From contig NC_069002.1 in assembly GCF_001194135.2 (NCBI RefSeq), forward strand, positions 26,354,462 through 26,418,461: a stretch of DNA of 64,000 nt, in the 5' to 3' direction. A program made the position numbers and the translations under genes. The notes under the pieces are model-generated. The model was not told the DNA's origin. It saw nothing but the letters and a program-made list of their open reading frames with translations, and did not search any database. Of this stretch, positions 1-13,730 are shown piece after piece. This stretch comes from Octopus bimaculoides. Its lineage: Eukaryota. Every line of letters begins with the position of its first letter. Position 1 is the first letter of the stretch.

Positions 1-43
<43 letters not shown>

Positions 44-544
44 GTGTGTATCTGTGTGTGTGTGTATGCATATATGTACACTTAAATAGAGCTCTCTACA
101 TTTGTGTCCTTACATAAACCTCAACACATACGCCCATGCTGAATAAACTTTCCTCTGTCACCAGCAACAATACAACAATGTCGTTCATGAAATTCAAGTT
201 ATCTTTCAATTCAATCTATTTTTTCTCTTCTTTCCTCCAACCTTACACTGCATCTTATTGGAACATGCGATGGCGAAAATACCCGACGCTGCCAATCCAT
301 GATTCTCTGGTTCGATGGGGTTCTGGGACTGAAGTAGATAATTATACTTATTAGTTATATTAGTTTCTCTTTTACTTGTTTCAGTCATTTGACTCCGACC
401 ATGATGGAGCACTGCCTTTAGTTGAACAGATCGCCCCTCCCCCACAGGATTTATTCTTTGTAAACCTAGTATTTATTCTATTGGTCTCTCTTCTCCCAAA
501 CCGTTAAGTTACAGGGATGTAAACACACCAACATCGGTTGTCAA

Positions 545-672
545 ACAACTATAGATATTATCCAACCATCACGTGCATGGTTTAACCCTAGGTCTCGTGC
601 AGTTGGCTCAGAATCACTCCAACAATTCTTTCCTGACATTCTAATCACATGGCTGTAGTACCTGAGTTGTGA
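545..672 (-). mobile_element. RTE-clade LINE fragment (C-terminal ORF region)
   Basis: Translates as SQLRYYSHVIRMSG..., resembling the RTE QLRWxGHVxRM motif; homologous to 3420-3630. Confidence 0.65.
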
Positions 673-681
673 CGCACTATA

Positions 682-798
<117 letters not shown>

Positions 799-986
799 AA
801 ATATACAATGGGCTTCTTTTAAGTTTTCATCTATCAAATCCACTCACAAGGCTTTGGTAGGCCTGAGGCTATAGTAGAAGACACTTGCCCAAGATGCCAT
901 GAAGTGGAACTGAACTTGGAACCATGTGGTTGGGAAGCAAGCTTCTTACCATACAGCTTCACCTGCACCTATTGTATATTGGTCTT

Positions 987-1190
987 AAAGCAGTGAGCTG
1001 GCAGAACTGTGACCTCACTAGATGAAATGCTTAGCAGCATTTTGTCCATCCTAACATTCTTGGTTCAAATTCTGCCAACGTTGACTTTGTCTGTCCTTCC
1101 TTCAGGGTCAATAGATGAAGTACCAGTGAAATACTGGAATCAATGTTATCAACTATCCCCCTATTCACAAATCCTAGGTGCTGGTACAGT
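987..1190 (+). mobile_element. tRNA-derived SINE, family B, degenerate
   Basis: Similar to the young copy at 60450-60684 (gagctggcagaa...gaaatgcttagc...gtaccagt...actgg). Confidence 0.75.
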
Positions 1191-1366
1191 GATGTACCTG
1201 CTTCAACATTCAGTACCCAGAAGAGCAGAGATTGGTAAAAAATACTCCAACTTGTTATCTGCATTTCGGTCTTCTTGCTTATCCTTGTCTCTGGTCATAA
1301 ATGTTGGGTAATGACCAAAAATGTATGACCTCAAACACAAACGACAAAAATGGAGTTCCTGCAAAA

Positions 1367-3380
1367 CAGTGGTCCTCAACTGGAGTCCATATAAGATTTT
1401 TGGGGATCCACGCAACAGAATACGGTAAAGTTACTTTCTTTATTTCTATTAACTCATAAGGGCCGGTTTCCTAGTTTCCATGGTGTATATATTCCCCACC
1501 TGGATGGGACGCAGGTCCATAGCAGGTTTACTCATTTTTGCCAGCTGAGTGTTTTGGGGCACTGTGAAATGAAGGGTTTTGCTCAAGAACACAATGCATC
1601 ACTCAGTCCAGGAATTGAAACCACAGTCTTATAATCACGAGTCCGACACCTTAACCACTAAGCCACGTTCCTCCACTATGTAACAAAATAGTATACTGGG
1701 GATCGACAATAATATTTTAAGGGCCCCTGAAGAAATTTTGCTTTAGATGTATGTATTGATATGTATTACAAGAAACAGCGAGGTTACTTTCTCTTAACAT
1801 TTTACAGAGTTCAACCTACNNNNNNNNNNNNNNNNNNNNNNNNNNNNNNNNNNNNNNNNNNNNNNNNNNNNNNNNNNNNNNNNNNNNNNNNNNNNNNNNN
1901 NNNNNNNNNNNNNNNNNNNNNNNNNNNNNNNNNNNNNNNNNNNNNNNNNNNNNNNNNNNNNNNNNNNNNNNNNNNNNNNNNNNNNNNNNNNNNNNNNNNN
2001 NNNNNNNNNNNNNNNNNNNNNNNNNNNNNNNNNNNNNNNNNNNNNNNNNNNNNNNNNNNNNNNNNNNNNNNNNNNNNNNNNNNNNNNNNNNNNNNNNNNN
2101 NNNNNNNNNNNNNNNNNNNNNNNNNNNNNNNNNNNNNNNNNNNNNNNNNNNNNNNNNNNNNNNNNNNNNNNNNNNNNNNNNNNNNNNNNNNNNNNNNNNN
2201 NNNNNNNNNNNNNNNNNNNNNNNNNNNNNNNNNNNNNNNNNNNNNNNNNNNNNNNNNNNNNNNNNNNNNNNNNNNNNNNNNNNNNNNNNNNNNNNNNNNN
2301 NNNNNNNNNNNNNNNNNNNNNNNNNNNNNNNNNNNNNNNNNNNNNNNNNNNNNNNNNNNNNNNNNNNNNNNNNNNNNNNNNNNNNNNNNNNNNNNNNNNN
2401 NNNNNNNNNNNNNNNNNNNNNNNNNNNNNNNNNNNNNNNNNNNNNNNNNNNNNNNNNNNNNNNNNNNNNNNNNNNNNNNNNNNNNNNNNNNNNNNNNNNN
2501 NNNNNNNNNNNNNNNNNNNNNNNNNNNNNNNNNNNNNNNNNNNNNNNNNNNNNNNNNNNNNNNNNNNNNNNNNNNNNNNNNNNNNNNNNNNNNNNNNNNN
2601 NNNNNNNNNNNNNNNNNNNNNNNNNNNNNNNNNNNNNNNNNNNNNNNNNNNNNNNNNNNNNNNNNNNNNNNNNNNNNNNNNNNNNNNNNNNNNNNNNNNN
2701 NNNNNNNNNNNNNNNNNNNNNNNNNNNNNNNNNNNNNNNNNNNNNNNNNNNNNNNNNNNNNNNNNNNNNNNNNNNNNNNNNNNNNNNNNNNNNNNNNNNG
2801 AGTACGATTCGTGAAGCTGAACCAATATTTACATGTGAGAGACACTAGCAGTACACCCCCCCCCAGTACGTGGAGAACTTTGAGACAAAAATTATGCAAT
2901 AAAATTGATTAAGAACCCTTTCTTTAATTATGTTCCAAATATCACATTAATATGTTGATAAATAAAAAAGTTACAGGTGTTTAATGAGACTAGTCTAAAT
3001 TCATGATTATTTTAGAATTTAATTGAAACTCATGAGGGGTGTATTTTGGTCAGAAATATAGTAACGAAATGGTTAAACATTGAATGGCTCTGGTGGGGTC
3101 CACTAGAATGAAAGAGTAATCAAAGGGGTCCATAGATAAAAAAAAATGATTGAGAGCCCCTGCTTTAGATGTATGTATTGGTATGTATTGCAAGAAACAG
3201 TTGGGTTTCTTTCTCTAACATTTTACATTGTTCAATCTACACAAGTTAATGTGTGTAAAACAAAATAGGGATTTTGAAAGACATTTCTATAAAACTAGTT
3301 TTTAAACATTGAATGGTTATAGGGGGCCACCAGAATAAAATAGTAATCAAAGGGGTCCATAGATAAAGAATGGCTGAGAA
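1367..3380. mobile_element. Cluster of hAT-like MITE pieces spanning a gap
   Basis: Left TIR cagtggtcctcaac at 1367, right TIR ttgagagcccctg ending 3162; internal segment 1741-1819 recurs at 3163-3240; second right-end segment to about 3380; same family as 30652-30899. Confidence 0.7.
1458..1675 (-). mobile_element. tRNA-derived CORE-like SINE, family C
   Basis: Reverse complement gives ggaacgtggcttagtggttaaggtgtcggactc (A box), gtttcaattcctgg (B box) and gtgttcttgagcaaaacccttcatttcac (CORE-like). Confidence 0.8.
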
Positions 3381-3419
3381 TGGCTGAGTAAGGTTATTTG
3401 ACAGGGTTCATAGCTTGAA

Positions 3420-3630
3420 GATCAGGGAGTCTCTCTTGGTCAAGCCCCTACTTCTCAGCATTGAGGGGTCACAACTCAGGTACTACAGCCATGTGATTAG
3501 AATGTCATAGGAAAGAATTGCTGGAGTGATTCTGAGCCAACCACAGGAGACCCAGGGTTAAACCATGAATGTGATGGTTGGCTAATATCTATAGTTTCAG
3601 TTGGTCATCTTTGGGAGATCCAGCTGGAAT
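3420..3630 (+). mobile_element. RTE-clade LINE 3' ORF fragment
   Basis: Translates LLSIEGSQLRYYSHVIRMS*; homologous to 545-672. Confidence 0.65.
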
Positions 3631-4574
3631 GAATCAATTAAAACTTTAGATCAAAATTTCTTGTTAATTTGTATCCCAAACAACAAAATTATTTTAGTAA
3701 ATCTGGGATAACATTGTCTTGTGTAGATATGTTCTCTCTTTAATATGGTAAAATGTGGCTTAGAGAAGATTTAGTATCTATTTCATAAGACTACTCCCTC
3801 TCTCTCTTCCCCTTCTTTCCCTTTGTGAGATTGAGTTGTATGTGTGTGTGTATGTGCATGTTCGTGATTGTGTGTTCATATGCGTGAATGTATGTGTGGG
3901 TGTGTGAATGTGCAACAGTGTGTGCTCTTGGAATGGGGCATATGGAGGGTGGTGATCATTCATTTGATACACCAATCTGGAGTCCTGGGGTCAAAGGGAA
4001 TCTCAGAGATCCAAGAAGAGGCATCTTGAATTTCTGATGCGAGAGGGTGAAGAAGAGGCTGCACATCATCCCCTCCTCTTTCTTCCCGGATGAGATCCAA
4101 AGGCAATCTCATTCCCCACTACAAAACTTCTTTCACAGACCCCCCCCCCCACCTCGAATCCTTCCTGAAACATTAGGACCCCTTCGTAGCATAGTTATAT
4201 TCACCCGCTTTGTGTGTATTTATATTCTAACCATCACAATTACTGTTCTTCTGTACATTTTTCTAATTTGAACCAAAAATATTCCAGTTTTGGTTCCTTC
4301 CATTATTTCACCTTTGCTTGTGGTAGCGGTAGATATCGGTATTTTCTGCTTCTTTTATTTGCCTCTTTGTAATTTACGTAAGTCTCGTCTTAACATAGCT
4401 TAATTATCAAAATGTTTCTGTGCTTTTATTCAGCTGTAATTTTCTGATTTCTGAGCATTTTAAGATTATAGTGTTTGTAAACAGTCTACCCATTGTTGCT
4501 TAATAAGTAGTTACTATTCTGAAAGCATCTTCTTTTCACCATTATTCCATCACTTTTATTTCTATTTCCGTTTA

Positions 4575-4655
<81 letters not shown>

Positions 4656-5301
4656 ACACACACACACACATGCACACACACGTGTGCGTGTTATATACTT
4701 TTACAGCATCTCAAAACTTTTAATTCTGCTTCTTGCACAATTGTTTTTCTGTTTCGTCGGTGTCCATTTTTAACTCCATTGGCTTATAGTAAGTTACAAA
4801 ATATCTTGGTAGGTGAAAAATAATTTTGTAGAATTTGGTAGAAATGGAATGGAATCTAGAATCATTGATTTCATCTAAACATTAGATTTTCTACTTAAGT
4901 ATCTTCTAAATTCGTCTAATGCTCTGTATTTCAAGAATTCTTCACAAACACACTTATTCTTATCAAATTATACAATATGTTCTATAGATTTGTTCTTCCA
5001 TTCATGCTACTAATTCTCTCAGAATTCTTCATTGGAAATTATTAAATAACCTATAGGATTATCTTCTGTAAGAAAGTTACGGAATTTCTGTTGTGGCTTT
5101 AAGGATTTGAGAAACAAATTAATTTTGTATTCATCTTGAAATTGTAGAAAGCAGCTTCTGTGTTCATGGAAGTAGTGAAGGTACAAAGTTTAATGGTTAG
5201 GGCATTGCATTCATGATTATATGATGAAGGTTTTGATTCTTGGACCAGGGCAGCCCATTGCCTTCTTGAGCAAAACATCTCATTTCATTGTACTACAGTC
5301 T

Positions 5302-5830
5302 ATCATCATCATCATCTTCCAATGTCTGTTGTCCATGCATAAAGGTGCATGGCTCAGTGGTTAGAGCGTTGAGCTTACGATCGTGAGGTTGTGAGTTCGC
5401 GTCCTGGACCGGGCTACATGTTGTGTTCTTGAGCAAGACACTTTATTTCACGTTGCTCCAGTTCACTCAGCTGTAGAAATGAGTTGTGACATCACTGGTG
5501 CCAAGCTGTATCAGCCCCTTTGCCTTTCCCTTGGATAACACTGTTGGCATGGAGAGGGGAGACCGGTATGCATGGTTGACTGCTGCTCTTCCATAAACAA
5601 CCTTGCCTGGACTAATGCCTGGGAGGGTAACTTTCTAAGTGCAGTCCCGTGGTCAGTCATGACTGAAGGGGGTCTCAGTATATCCATGCTGGTATGGGTT
5701 GGACGGTTTGAGCAGGGCTGGCAAATTGGGGAACTGCACCAGGTTCCAGTCTGATTTGGTATGGTTTCTACAGCTGGATGCTTTTAATGTGGCACCACGC
5801 AAGCAATTTGCACTGGCATAAGACCCTTCA
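5302..5830 (-). mobile_element. RTE 3'-tail element interrupted by a SINE
   Basis: (CAT)n tail plus aatgtctgttgtccatgc, resuming at 5683 with tccatgctggtatgggttggacgg...ctacagctggatgc; matches the 3' end of the RTE at 47023-47330. Confidence 0.8.
5339..5682 (+). mobile_element. CORE-like SINE, family C, nested with 7-bp TSD
   Basis: tRNA-like head ggctcagtggttagagcg...gtgagttcg, CORE-like gtgttcttgagcaagacactttatttcacgttgctccagttcactcagctgtagaaatg; TSD tccatgc at 5332-5338 and 5683-5689. Confidence 0.88.
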
Positions 5831-6070
5831 CCTGGGAATGCGGCCTCAACGCTTCTGCTGTGGAGACTCTGCTGTAAATGAGTTCTAGCCGTAGATTGGA
5901 AGTTGATCCTACAAAGGACCAGCAAAAGATCATCAGGGAGTGTCATAATGTCCCACCAAGGGACACTTCTTGTATGATGGTGTTGCTTGCTTATAAATGT
6001 TGCAGGTTATAAAGTATTGAAGACAAGGAGACATAAAGACTGTGTCTCCTTGTCTCCATACCATTACATG

Positions 6071-6147
<77 letters not shown>

Positions 6148-7364
6148 TCTTTGCCTTCTTAACATTACACACACACACACACAGTCACTCCCTGTCTTGA
6201 AAGCAGTACATGTACATATACTCATACATACACACATATAGATTACACACATGCATCAACTATACATACATACATGCATAAGGGGCTTCTTTCAGTTTCC
6301 ATCTATCAGATCCACTCACAAGGCATTGGTCAGCCTGAGACTATAGCAAGAGATACTTTAATTCTGTGCAGTGGAGTTGAACCTGAAACCTCATGGTTTG
6401 GAGAATGGAGAATCTAGAATTAAAATAAAATAAGTAAAAGTGTGAGAGAGAAAGAGAGAGAGAGTGGAAGAGAGAGTGGACGAGAGAGGGGGAGGTAGAG
6501 ATACATGGATAAGGAAGATGGTGTATACATAACGAGAGGATTATAAAATGGAGGCTTCTTAAATAGATCATTCAGAGAGATAAAGTTAAAATCTAATCTC
6601 CCATCAGTTATGCGTTCAGTAGCATGGCTTTTTTGAAAATATCCGCAGCTAGCTGACAGTGTTTATAATGTCTTAGAGAGGACAGGAATGGAAAAAAAAA
6701 AGAAAAAAAATGGTGGGGGGGAGAAAAAGAAGAAACAGGGAGAGATGAGGAGAGATAATGTCTACATAGCAAGATTTTAAAAACTCAAATAAACAAAATT
6801 ACATTAAAGCTGAAAATCCATCAAGCGTTTCCTTTATTTTTTTCCCTCCTAGAATCGTGTTTTATTTTCAAAATGTTCTGTCATTATTTTTGAAAGAAAA
6901 AAAAAAACACAGCAAAAAAAAAAGCAGTGATTTTTATTTCTGTTTCATATTTTTTTTTCCATTTTATTCATTTATATCTTTATGCACATCTTTTTTTTTT
7001 AGTTGTGGTGTTTCCATTTAGTATTTTTCTTGCTAAATATTATGTTTAGTGATTCTGCCGATCTTAATATTTTCAAGCAACATGTTTACAGTTGGTCCTG
7101 TTCACCGATTCCAATCTAACAGAACCAGCACAAAGCACTATAAAATGGCAAGAACAGAGGTTACTGTGCTAGAACATCATCCTTTCTGTTAACTATGTCA
7201 GCAACGATTGAACCAAACCATTCCTTCACCTCACTTCTCTTAAAAAGAAAAACAAAAAATTTATGCTTCATCTAATATTGTCTTTATGGACTTTTGGTAA
7301 ATCCACATTTTACAATCAGTCCATCATCATCACAACTATCATCGTCATCATCATCACCACTACC

Positions 7365-7625
7365 ATCATCATCATCGTTGTTGTTTTAACATCTGCTTTT
7401 CCATGCTTTCATGGATCAGACGAAATTCACTGAGGTAGATTTTTTTTTGTTTTGTTTTTACATCTCGATGCTCTTCCTGTCACCAACCATCACCTGTTTC
7501 CATCCAAGTAAGGTTAACATTTCCTCTTGGCCAGACATGCTTTCACAGATGACTGGAAACGACTGACATCATTTGTAATTATGGTGCTGCTTGCTTACAA
7601 CTATCATATACTGTCAAGTCAAAAC
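7365..7625 (-). mobile_element. Short retroposon, family D (RTE-like tail variant)
   Basis: Shares gatgcycttcctgtcaccaacc and the (CAT)n tail with copies at 59990-60230 and 62920-63085. Confidence 0.65.
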
Positions 7626-7770
7626 ACACACATACACACACACCTACATGCACAAGCACATGTGCATGTACATACTACATACTCATATACATTTTATATA
7701 TATATATATATACATATACATATACATATATATATATACATACATATATATATATATATTTATATATACC

Positions 7771-7802
<32 letters not shown>

Positions 7803-8612
7803 NNNNNNNNNNNNNNNNNNNNNNNNNNNNNNNNNNNNNNNNNNNNNNNNNNNNNNNNNNNNNNNNNNNNNNNNNNNNNNNNNNNNNNNNNNNNNNNNNN
7901 NNNNNNNNNNNNNNNNNNNNNNNNNNNNNNNNNNNNNNNNNNNNNNNNNNNNNNNNNNNNNNNNNNNNNNNNNNNNNNNNNNNNNNNNNNNNNNNNNNNN
8001 NNNNNNNNNNNNNNNNNNNNNNNNNNNNNNNNNNNNNNNNNNNNNNNNNNNNNNNNNNNNNNNNNNNNNNNNNNNNNNNNNNNNNNNNNNNNNNNNNNNN
8101 NNNNNNNNNNNNNNNNNNNNNNNNNNNNNNNNNNNNNNNNNNNNNNNNNNNNNNNNNNNNNNNNNNNNNNNNNNNNNNNNNNNNNNNNNNNNNNNNNNNN
8201 NNNNNNNNNNNNNNNNNNNNNNNNNNNNNNNNNNNNNNNNNNNNNNNNNNNNNNNNNNNNNNNNNNNNNNNNNNNNNNNNNNNNNNNNNNNNNNNNNNNN
8301 NNNNNNNNNNNNNNNNNNNNNNNNNNNNNNNNNNNNNNNNNNNNNNNNNNNNNNNNNNNNNNNNNNNNNNNNNNNNNNNNNNNNNNNNNNNNNNNNNNNN
8401 NNNNNNNNNNNNNNNNNNNNNNNNNNNNNNNNNNNNNNNNNNNNNNNNNNNNNNNNNNNNNNNNNNNNNNNNNNNNNNNNNNNNNNNNNNNNNNNNNNNN
8501 NNNNNNNNNNNNNNNNNNNNNNNNNNNNNNNNNNNNNNNNNNNNNNNNNNNNNNNNNNNNNNNNNNNNNNNNNNNNNNNNNNNNNNNNNNNNNNNNNNNN
8601 NNNNNNNNNNNN

Positions 8613-8661
<49 letters not shown>

Positions 8662-8987
8662 CCCCTCCCTAACACAAAGTTCCTCCTCTCAGGTTTCATA
8701 TGCTTGCAATCTGTATGGCCACATCACTAGAACTTGTGGCATGAGGAAAGCAGCCAGCACTCACTGTACAGCGGTTGACATTAGGAAGACCATCTAGCTG
8801 TCTCTGTGGGACATCTTTCTTACCTCCTCCATACCAGCTATTCTTTTAGAGACCTCAAGTTGTGATCAGCCCAACTTCTGTTCCAGCCTTAGTTTATCTA
8901 GAACTACAATGTTCAATGTATCTTCCCATTTTTTTAATGTCAATGTTACCATCCATTTTCAAACATTACTGTTGTAACTTCAATGAA

Positions 8988-9022
<35 letters not shown>

Positions 9023-9202
9023 ATGGCAAGTCAATATATACTGTATGTTGGTTTATTCTTTAAAGATACGAAACTCCGATGCAAGGAAAATTTGGTTGCT
9101 CTTTCTAGCAGACTAAGATACCACGTAGAGGCTCCCCTTGTAGGAAAGTTTCCCATAGCAATGACCATAGCTGTCTATGAATTCACTTGTCTTTTCATCT
9201 CT

Positions 9203-9357
9203 ATATCATCATCATCATCATCATCTTCGTTTAACGTCCGCTTTCCATGCTAGCATGGGTTGGACGATTTGACTGAGTACTGGTGAACCAGATGGCTACA
9301 CCAGGCTCCAATCTGATTTGGCAGAGTTTCTACAGCTGGATGCCCTTCCTAATGCCA
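9203..9357 (-). mobile_element. RTE 3'-tail element, little diverged
   Basis: catcatcat...tttaacgtccgctttccatgctagcatgggttggacgatttgactgag...ctacagctggatgcccttcctaatgcc. Confidence 0.85.
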
Positions 9358-10047
9358 TATATATNNNNNNNNNNNNNNNNNNNNNNNNNNNNNNNNNNNN
9401 NNNNNNNNNNNNNNNNNNNNNNNNNNNNNNNNNNNNNNNNNNNNNNNNNNNNNNNNNNNNNNNNNNNNNNNNNNNNNNNNNNNNNNNNNNNNNNNNNNNN
9501 NNNNNNNNNNNNNNNNNNNNNNNNNNNNNNNNNNNNNNNNNNNNNNNNNNNNNNNNNNNNNNNNNNNNNNNNNNNNNNNNNNNNNNNNNNNNNNNNNNNN
9601 NNNNNNNNNNNNNNNNNNNNNNNNNNNNNNNNNNNNNNNNNNNNNNNNNNNNNNNNNNNNNNNNNNNNNNNNNNNNNNNNNNNNNNNNNNNNNNNNNNNN
9701 NNNNNNNNNNNNNNNNNNNNNNNNNNNNNNNNNNNNNNNNNNNNNNNNNNNNNNNNNNNNNNNNNNNNNNNNNNNNNNNNNNNNNNNNNNNNNNNNNNNN
9801 NNNNNNNNNNNNNNNNNNNNNNNNNNNNNNNNNNNNNNNNNNNNNNNNNNNNNNNNNNNNNNNNNNNNNNNNNNNNNNNNNNNNNNNNNNNNNNNNNNNN
9901 NNNNNNNNNNNNNNNNNNNNNNNNNNNNNNNNNNNNNNNNNNNNNNNNNNNNNNNNNNNNNNNNNNNNNNNNNNNNNNNNNNNNNNNNNNNNNNNNNNNN
10001 NNNNNNNNNNNNNNNNNNNNNNNNNNNNNNNNNNNNNNNNNNNNNNN

Positions 10048-10119
<72 letters not shown>

Positions 10120-10589
10120 GGTTATTAAAACAGATGATGTTGTAGGTCTGTGAACATTGCAGTAAACAATGCTAGAAACAGCAGCAGCAGCAGTTATATC
10201 TGGAGACATTGATAAGACAAAAACACTTGTAGTTAATTATGAAGGTAGTGGTGAATGGTGAGGGGAGTTGAGTGAAGGTGCAGTCGAGTGGTGTTGGCTG
10301 GAATGAGGTGGGGCTGGAGTGCAACTGGAGTGCAGACAGGATGGAGTTTAAATGAAATGGGATGGAGTTGAGCTGGAGTAGAGATGAGATGGAATGGAGC
10401 TGGGATAAATTATAAACAAAGGTTTCTGTACGAGGTGGGTTTGTTGTTTTAAAGAGATTTTTACAAATAACAGCAAAATATTTGGTGTAGAACTCAATAC
10501 TTAAAATCAATTCAAATTTAATTTAAAAATTAGTTTTGACTAATGAGAGAGGACTCAATACCAGATTATTCAGATTTATAGAATATACA

Positions 10590-10925
10590 TAAGGCAGGTG
10601 GTTCAGTGGTTAGAGCATCAGTCTCACAGTCATGAGGTAGTGAGTTCGATTCTCGGACGGGACTGTGTGCTGTCTTCTTGAGCAAAATTCTGTATTTTCA
10701 AATTGCTCCAGTTCACTCAGCTGTAGAAATGAGTTGTTACATCACTGGTGTCGAGCTGTATCGGCCCCTTTGCTTTTCCCTTGGGTAGCATCAGTGGAGT
10801 GGAGAGGAGCAGCTGGTATGCAGGGGCAACTGCTGGTCTTCCACAAAACAACCTTGCTGGACTTGTGCCTTGGAGGGAACTTTCTATGTGCAATTCCATG
10901 GTCATTCTTGGCCAAAGGGGGTCTT
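10590..10925 (+). mobile_element. CORE-like SINE, family C
   Basis: Colinear with 5339-5682 along its whole length. Confidence 0.88.
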
Positions 10926-11379
10926 TACCCTTTAATAAAAATAAGGGGACTTAGTATTAAAAATCAGGGTCAAACTTATGAAGTTCCTTTTGAGTTGGAT
11001 TTGAGGTTTTACCTAACAGCTTAACCTTTAGCACACTGTAAGTGTATCATGTCTTTGTATGAGCTGTCTCCCTTACAGTGGCAGGGGAAACAATTCTAGA
11101 GAAAATTTAGTGTCCTAAAGGTTATTCAGCCAATCTAATTGAATAAACTTTTAGATGAAATTTTGAATTTCCAGTCAAAACCCTCTTTTATTATCACTGA
11201 GATATATGAATTGTGTGGCATAAGACATGAGAAACGGTTGTTCTGTTTGTCTGAGATAAGAATTGTCAGGTTTTTATTAAAATATATTCTAATATTCGTC
11301 TTCTTTTCTGTTTTCTGAGTTAAGTCTTTGCATTGATGACTGTCATCAGATCAGATGAGTTTCTTGGGAAGACAGAATA

Positions 11380-11790
11380 TTTTTCTCTCTGTCTGTCAGT
11401 CTGTCTGTCTCTTCTGTGTGTATGTTTCTCTCTCCCCACATCTCTCTCCCTCTCCCCATGTCTCCTTCTCTCCTCACCTCTTTCTCTCCTTACCTCTTTC
11501 TCTCCTTACCTCTTTCTCTCTGTGTCTTTTTCTGTCTGTCTGTCTCTCTCTTTATCTTTTTCTCCCCTTCTGTCTTTTTTCTTTCTCTATCTTTTTTCCC
11601 ATTGTCTTTCTTTCTCTCCCTTTTCTCTCTCTTCTTTCTATTTCTTTCTCCCTCCGTCTGTCTGTTTCTCTCCCTGTCTCACTCATTGTCTATCTTTCTC
11701 CCCACTCTTTCCCTCCTCCTCTATGTCATTGTTTCTCTCTTTTTTAACTCTTTTCCCCCTCTCTTTCTGCCCCCCCTCATCATGTCTCTG
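11380..11790. repeat. CT-rich polypyrimidine low-complexity tract
   Basis: Degenerate (CT)n/(TCTG)n; source of the spurious Ser/Leu/Phe ORFs. Confidence 0.9.
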
Positions 11791-12381
11791 GTGCCCATAC
11801 AGTTTTAGTTCCATTCTGCTTTTCATTTATCTCTGACAGTTTTCTATGGATTCTGACTCCATAGAGATGTTTTGATGGAGTAAAATAGGTCGAAACTATT
11901 TAACTACCACTCATACATCATCATCTTAATCTTAGCTACCACCACCACTAATACTATAACTACTACTACTGACTACTACAACTACCACAACCACCACCAC
12001 CACCACCACCACCACCANNNNNNNNNNNNNNNNNNNNNNNNNNNNNNNNNNNNNNNNNNNNNNNNNNNNNNNNNNNNNNNNNNNNNNNNNNNNNNNNNNN
12101 NNNNNNNNNNNNNNNNNNNNNNNNNNNNNNNNNNNNNNNNNNNNNNNNNNNNNNNNNNNNNNNNNNNNNNNNNNNNNNNNNNNNNNNNNNNNNNNNNNNN
12201 NNNNNNNNNNNNNNNNNNNNNNNNNNNNNNNNNNNNNNNNNNNNNNNNNNNNNNNNNNNNNNNNNNNNNNNNNNNNNNNNNNNNNNNNNNNNNNNNNNNN
12301 NNNNNNNNNNNNNNNNNNNNNNNNNNNNNNNNNNNNNNNNNNNNNNNNNNNNNNNNNNNNNNNNNNNNNNNNNNNNNNNNN

Positions 12382-12441
<60 letters not shown>

Positions 12442-12490
12442 TTACTCATTTCAGCCATGCGGCTGCGGTCATGCTGGAGCACCGCCATGG

Positions 12491-13160
12491 TCATCCTGAT
12501 TTCCTCAGTCTGGGGTATTTCACATCATCACTCCTGTGTGTGTGTCTTTGCCCCAGCTGTTGGCCCATTTGGTGTATAAGGGAATTTGATTCCGCTGCCC
12601 TCGTCTATATTTCGTGTCGGTCTGTTGGTTCATTCGGTATTGTGGAGACGAGGATGTCTTGGTCCTTTTTGAAGACATCTACTTCCACCTTATGCAGACT
12701 TCTTAATTTTTGTGGCAGGGCATTGAAGAGCTGTGGGCCTTTGAACCCTAGACTATTGTAGTACCTGGTCCTGAGTTTGATGGAGTGGATGGTACCTTTG
12801 GTACAATACAATGGCGTCCAGTTCTGACATTTGTATACCACTCAGTGCTGAAATTAGGTACTAGCCCTTCTAGGATTTTCCATATGTAGATTATTGCGTA
12901 TCTGTCACGCCTTCGCTCCAGGGAGTAAAGTTGCAGTTTTCTCAGCCTTTTCCTGTAACTCATCTGCTGCACTGTTTCGATCTTTTTAGTGTAGTGGCGT
13001 TGGACTGCTTCAAGCAGTTTGGCACTATGTGGTGACCATAACTGGGAGCAGTAGTCCAGGCAGCTGAGAACAAAGGTTTACCACAGGGTCAACATAGTTT
13101 TTTAGTCTCTTGTCTTCAAGGAACTCAATATCCATCCTGCCAGTTGTCTGCACTTTATTG
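12491..13160 (-). mobile_element. CR1-clade LINE 3' fragment (decayed RT C-terminus)
   Basis: Translates ...LDYCSQLWSPHSAKLLEAVQRHYTKKI...MSYRKRLRKLQLYSLERRRDRYAIIYIWKILEGLVPNF, the typical CR1 LExVQRR..L.L.SLERRR motif; in-frame stops present. Confidence 0.85.
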
Positions 13161-13310
13161 CCATCTCGGAGTGGTTGACGTTAGGAAGGGCATCCAGCTG
13201 TAGAAAACCATGCCGAATCAGATGAGTCTGGTGCAGCCTTCCAGCGTGCTGACCCCAGTCAAACCATCCAACCCATGGCAGCATGGACAATGGACGTTAA
13301 ATGATGATGA
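13160..13310 (+). mobile_element. RTE 3'-tail element
   Basis: ggagtggttgacgttaggaagggcatccagctgtagaaa...caacccatggcagcatgg...gttaaatgatgatgat. Confidence 0.85.
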
Positions 13311-13544
13311 TCACACATGCACACATACACACACACACACACACACATATTTATGTGATGCACTTCTTTCCATTTCCATCTATCAAACCCACTCTGCTGG
13401 GATTGAACTCAAAACCACATGGTTGCAAAATGAACCCCTTAACCATACATTCATGGCTGTACCTATAAATTTTGCCCGGCATGTTTATGATTCTGCTGGC
13501 TCGCCAATAATGATAATGATTTCAAATTTTGGCATAAGGCCAGC

Positions 13545-13730
13545 AATTTTATGGGAGAGGTAAGTTGAATACATTGTTCCCAATATCAAACTGGTACTTA
13601 CTTCATTGACCCTGAAATGTTTGAAAGGCAAAGTTGACCTCAGTGGAATTTGAACTCAGAATGTAGCAATGGCCAAAAAGCTGCTAAGCCTTTTGCCTGG
13701 CATGCTAACAATTCTGCCAGCTTACCACCT
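13545..13730 (-). mobile_element. SINE family B, degenerate
   Basis: Reverse complement of aaggtggtaagctggcagaattgttagcatgccaggcaaaa...ctgagttcaaattcc. Confidence 0.75.

Noticed and set aside
5345-5420. tRNA-like sequences (also at 10595 and 60455)
   Set aside because: These are SINE heads that run into CORE-like bodies; no complete cloverleaf or acceptor stem
8824-8897. Minus-strand exon-like segment KLRLEQKLG*SQLEVSKRIAGMEE with a GAG|gtaaga donor (Sec/readthrough idea)
   Set aside because: All three frames contain stops, the acceptor tract is weak, no SECIS is visible and no partner exons were found
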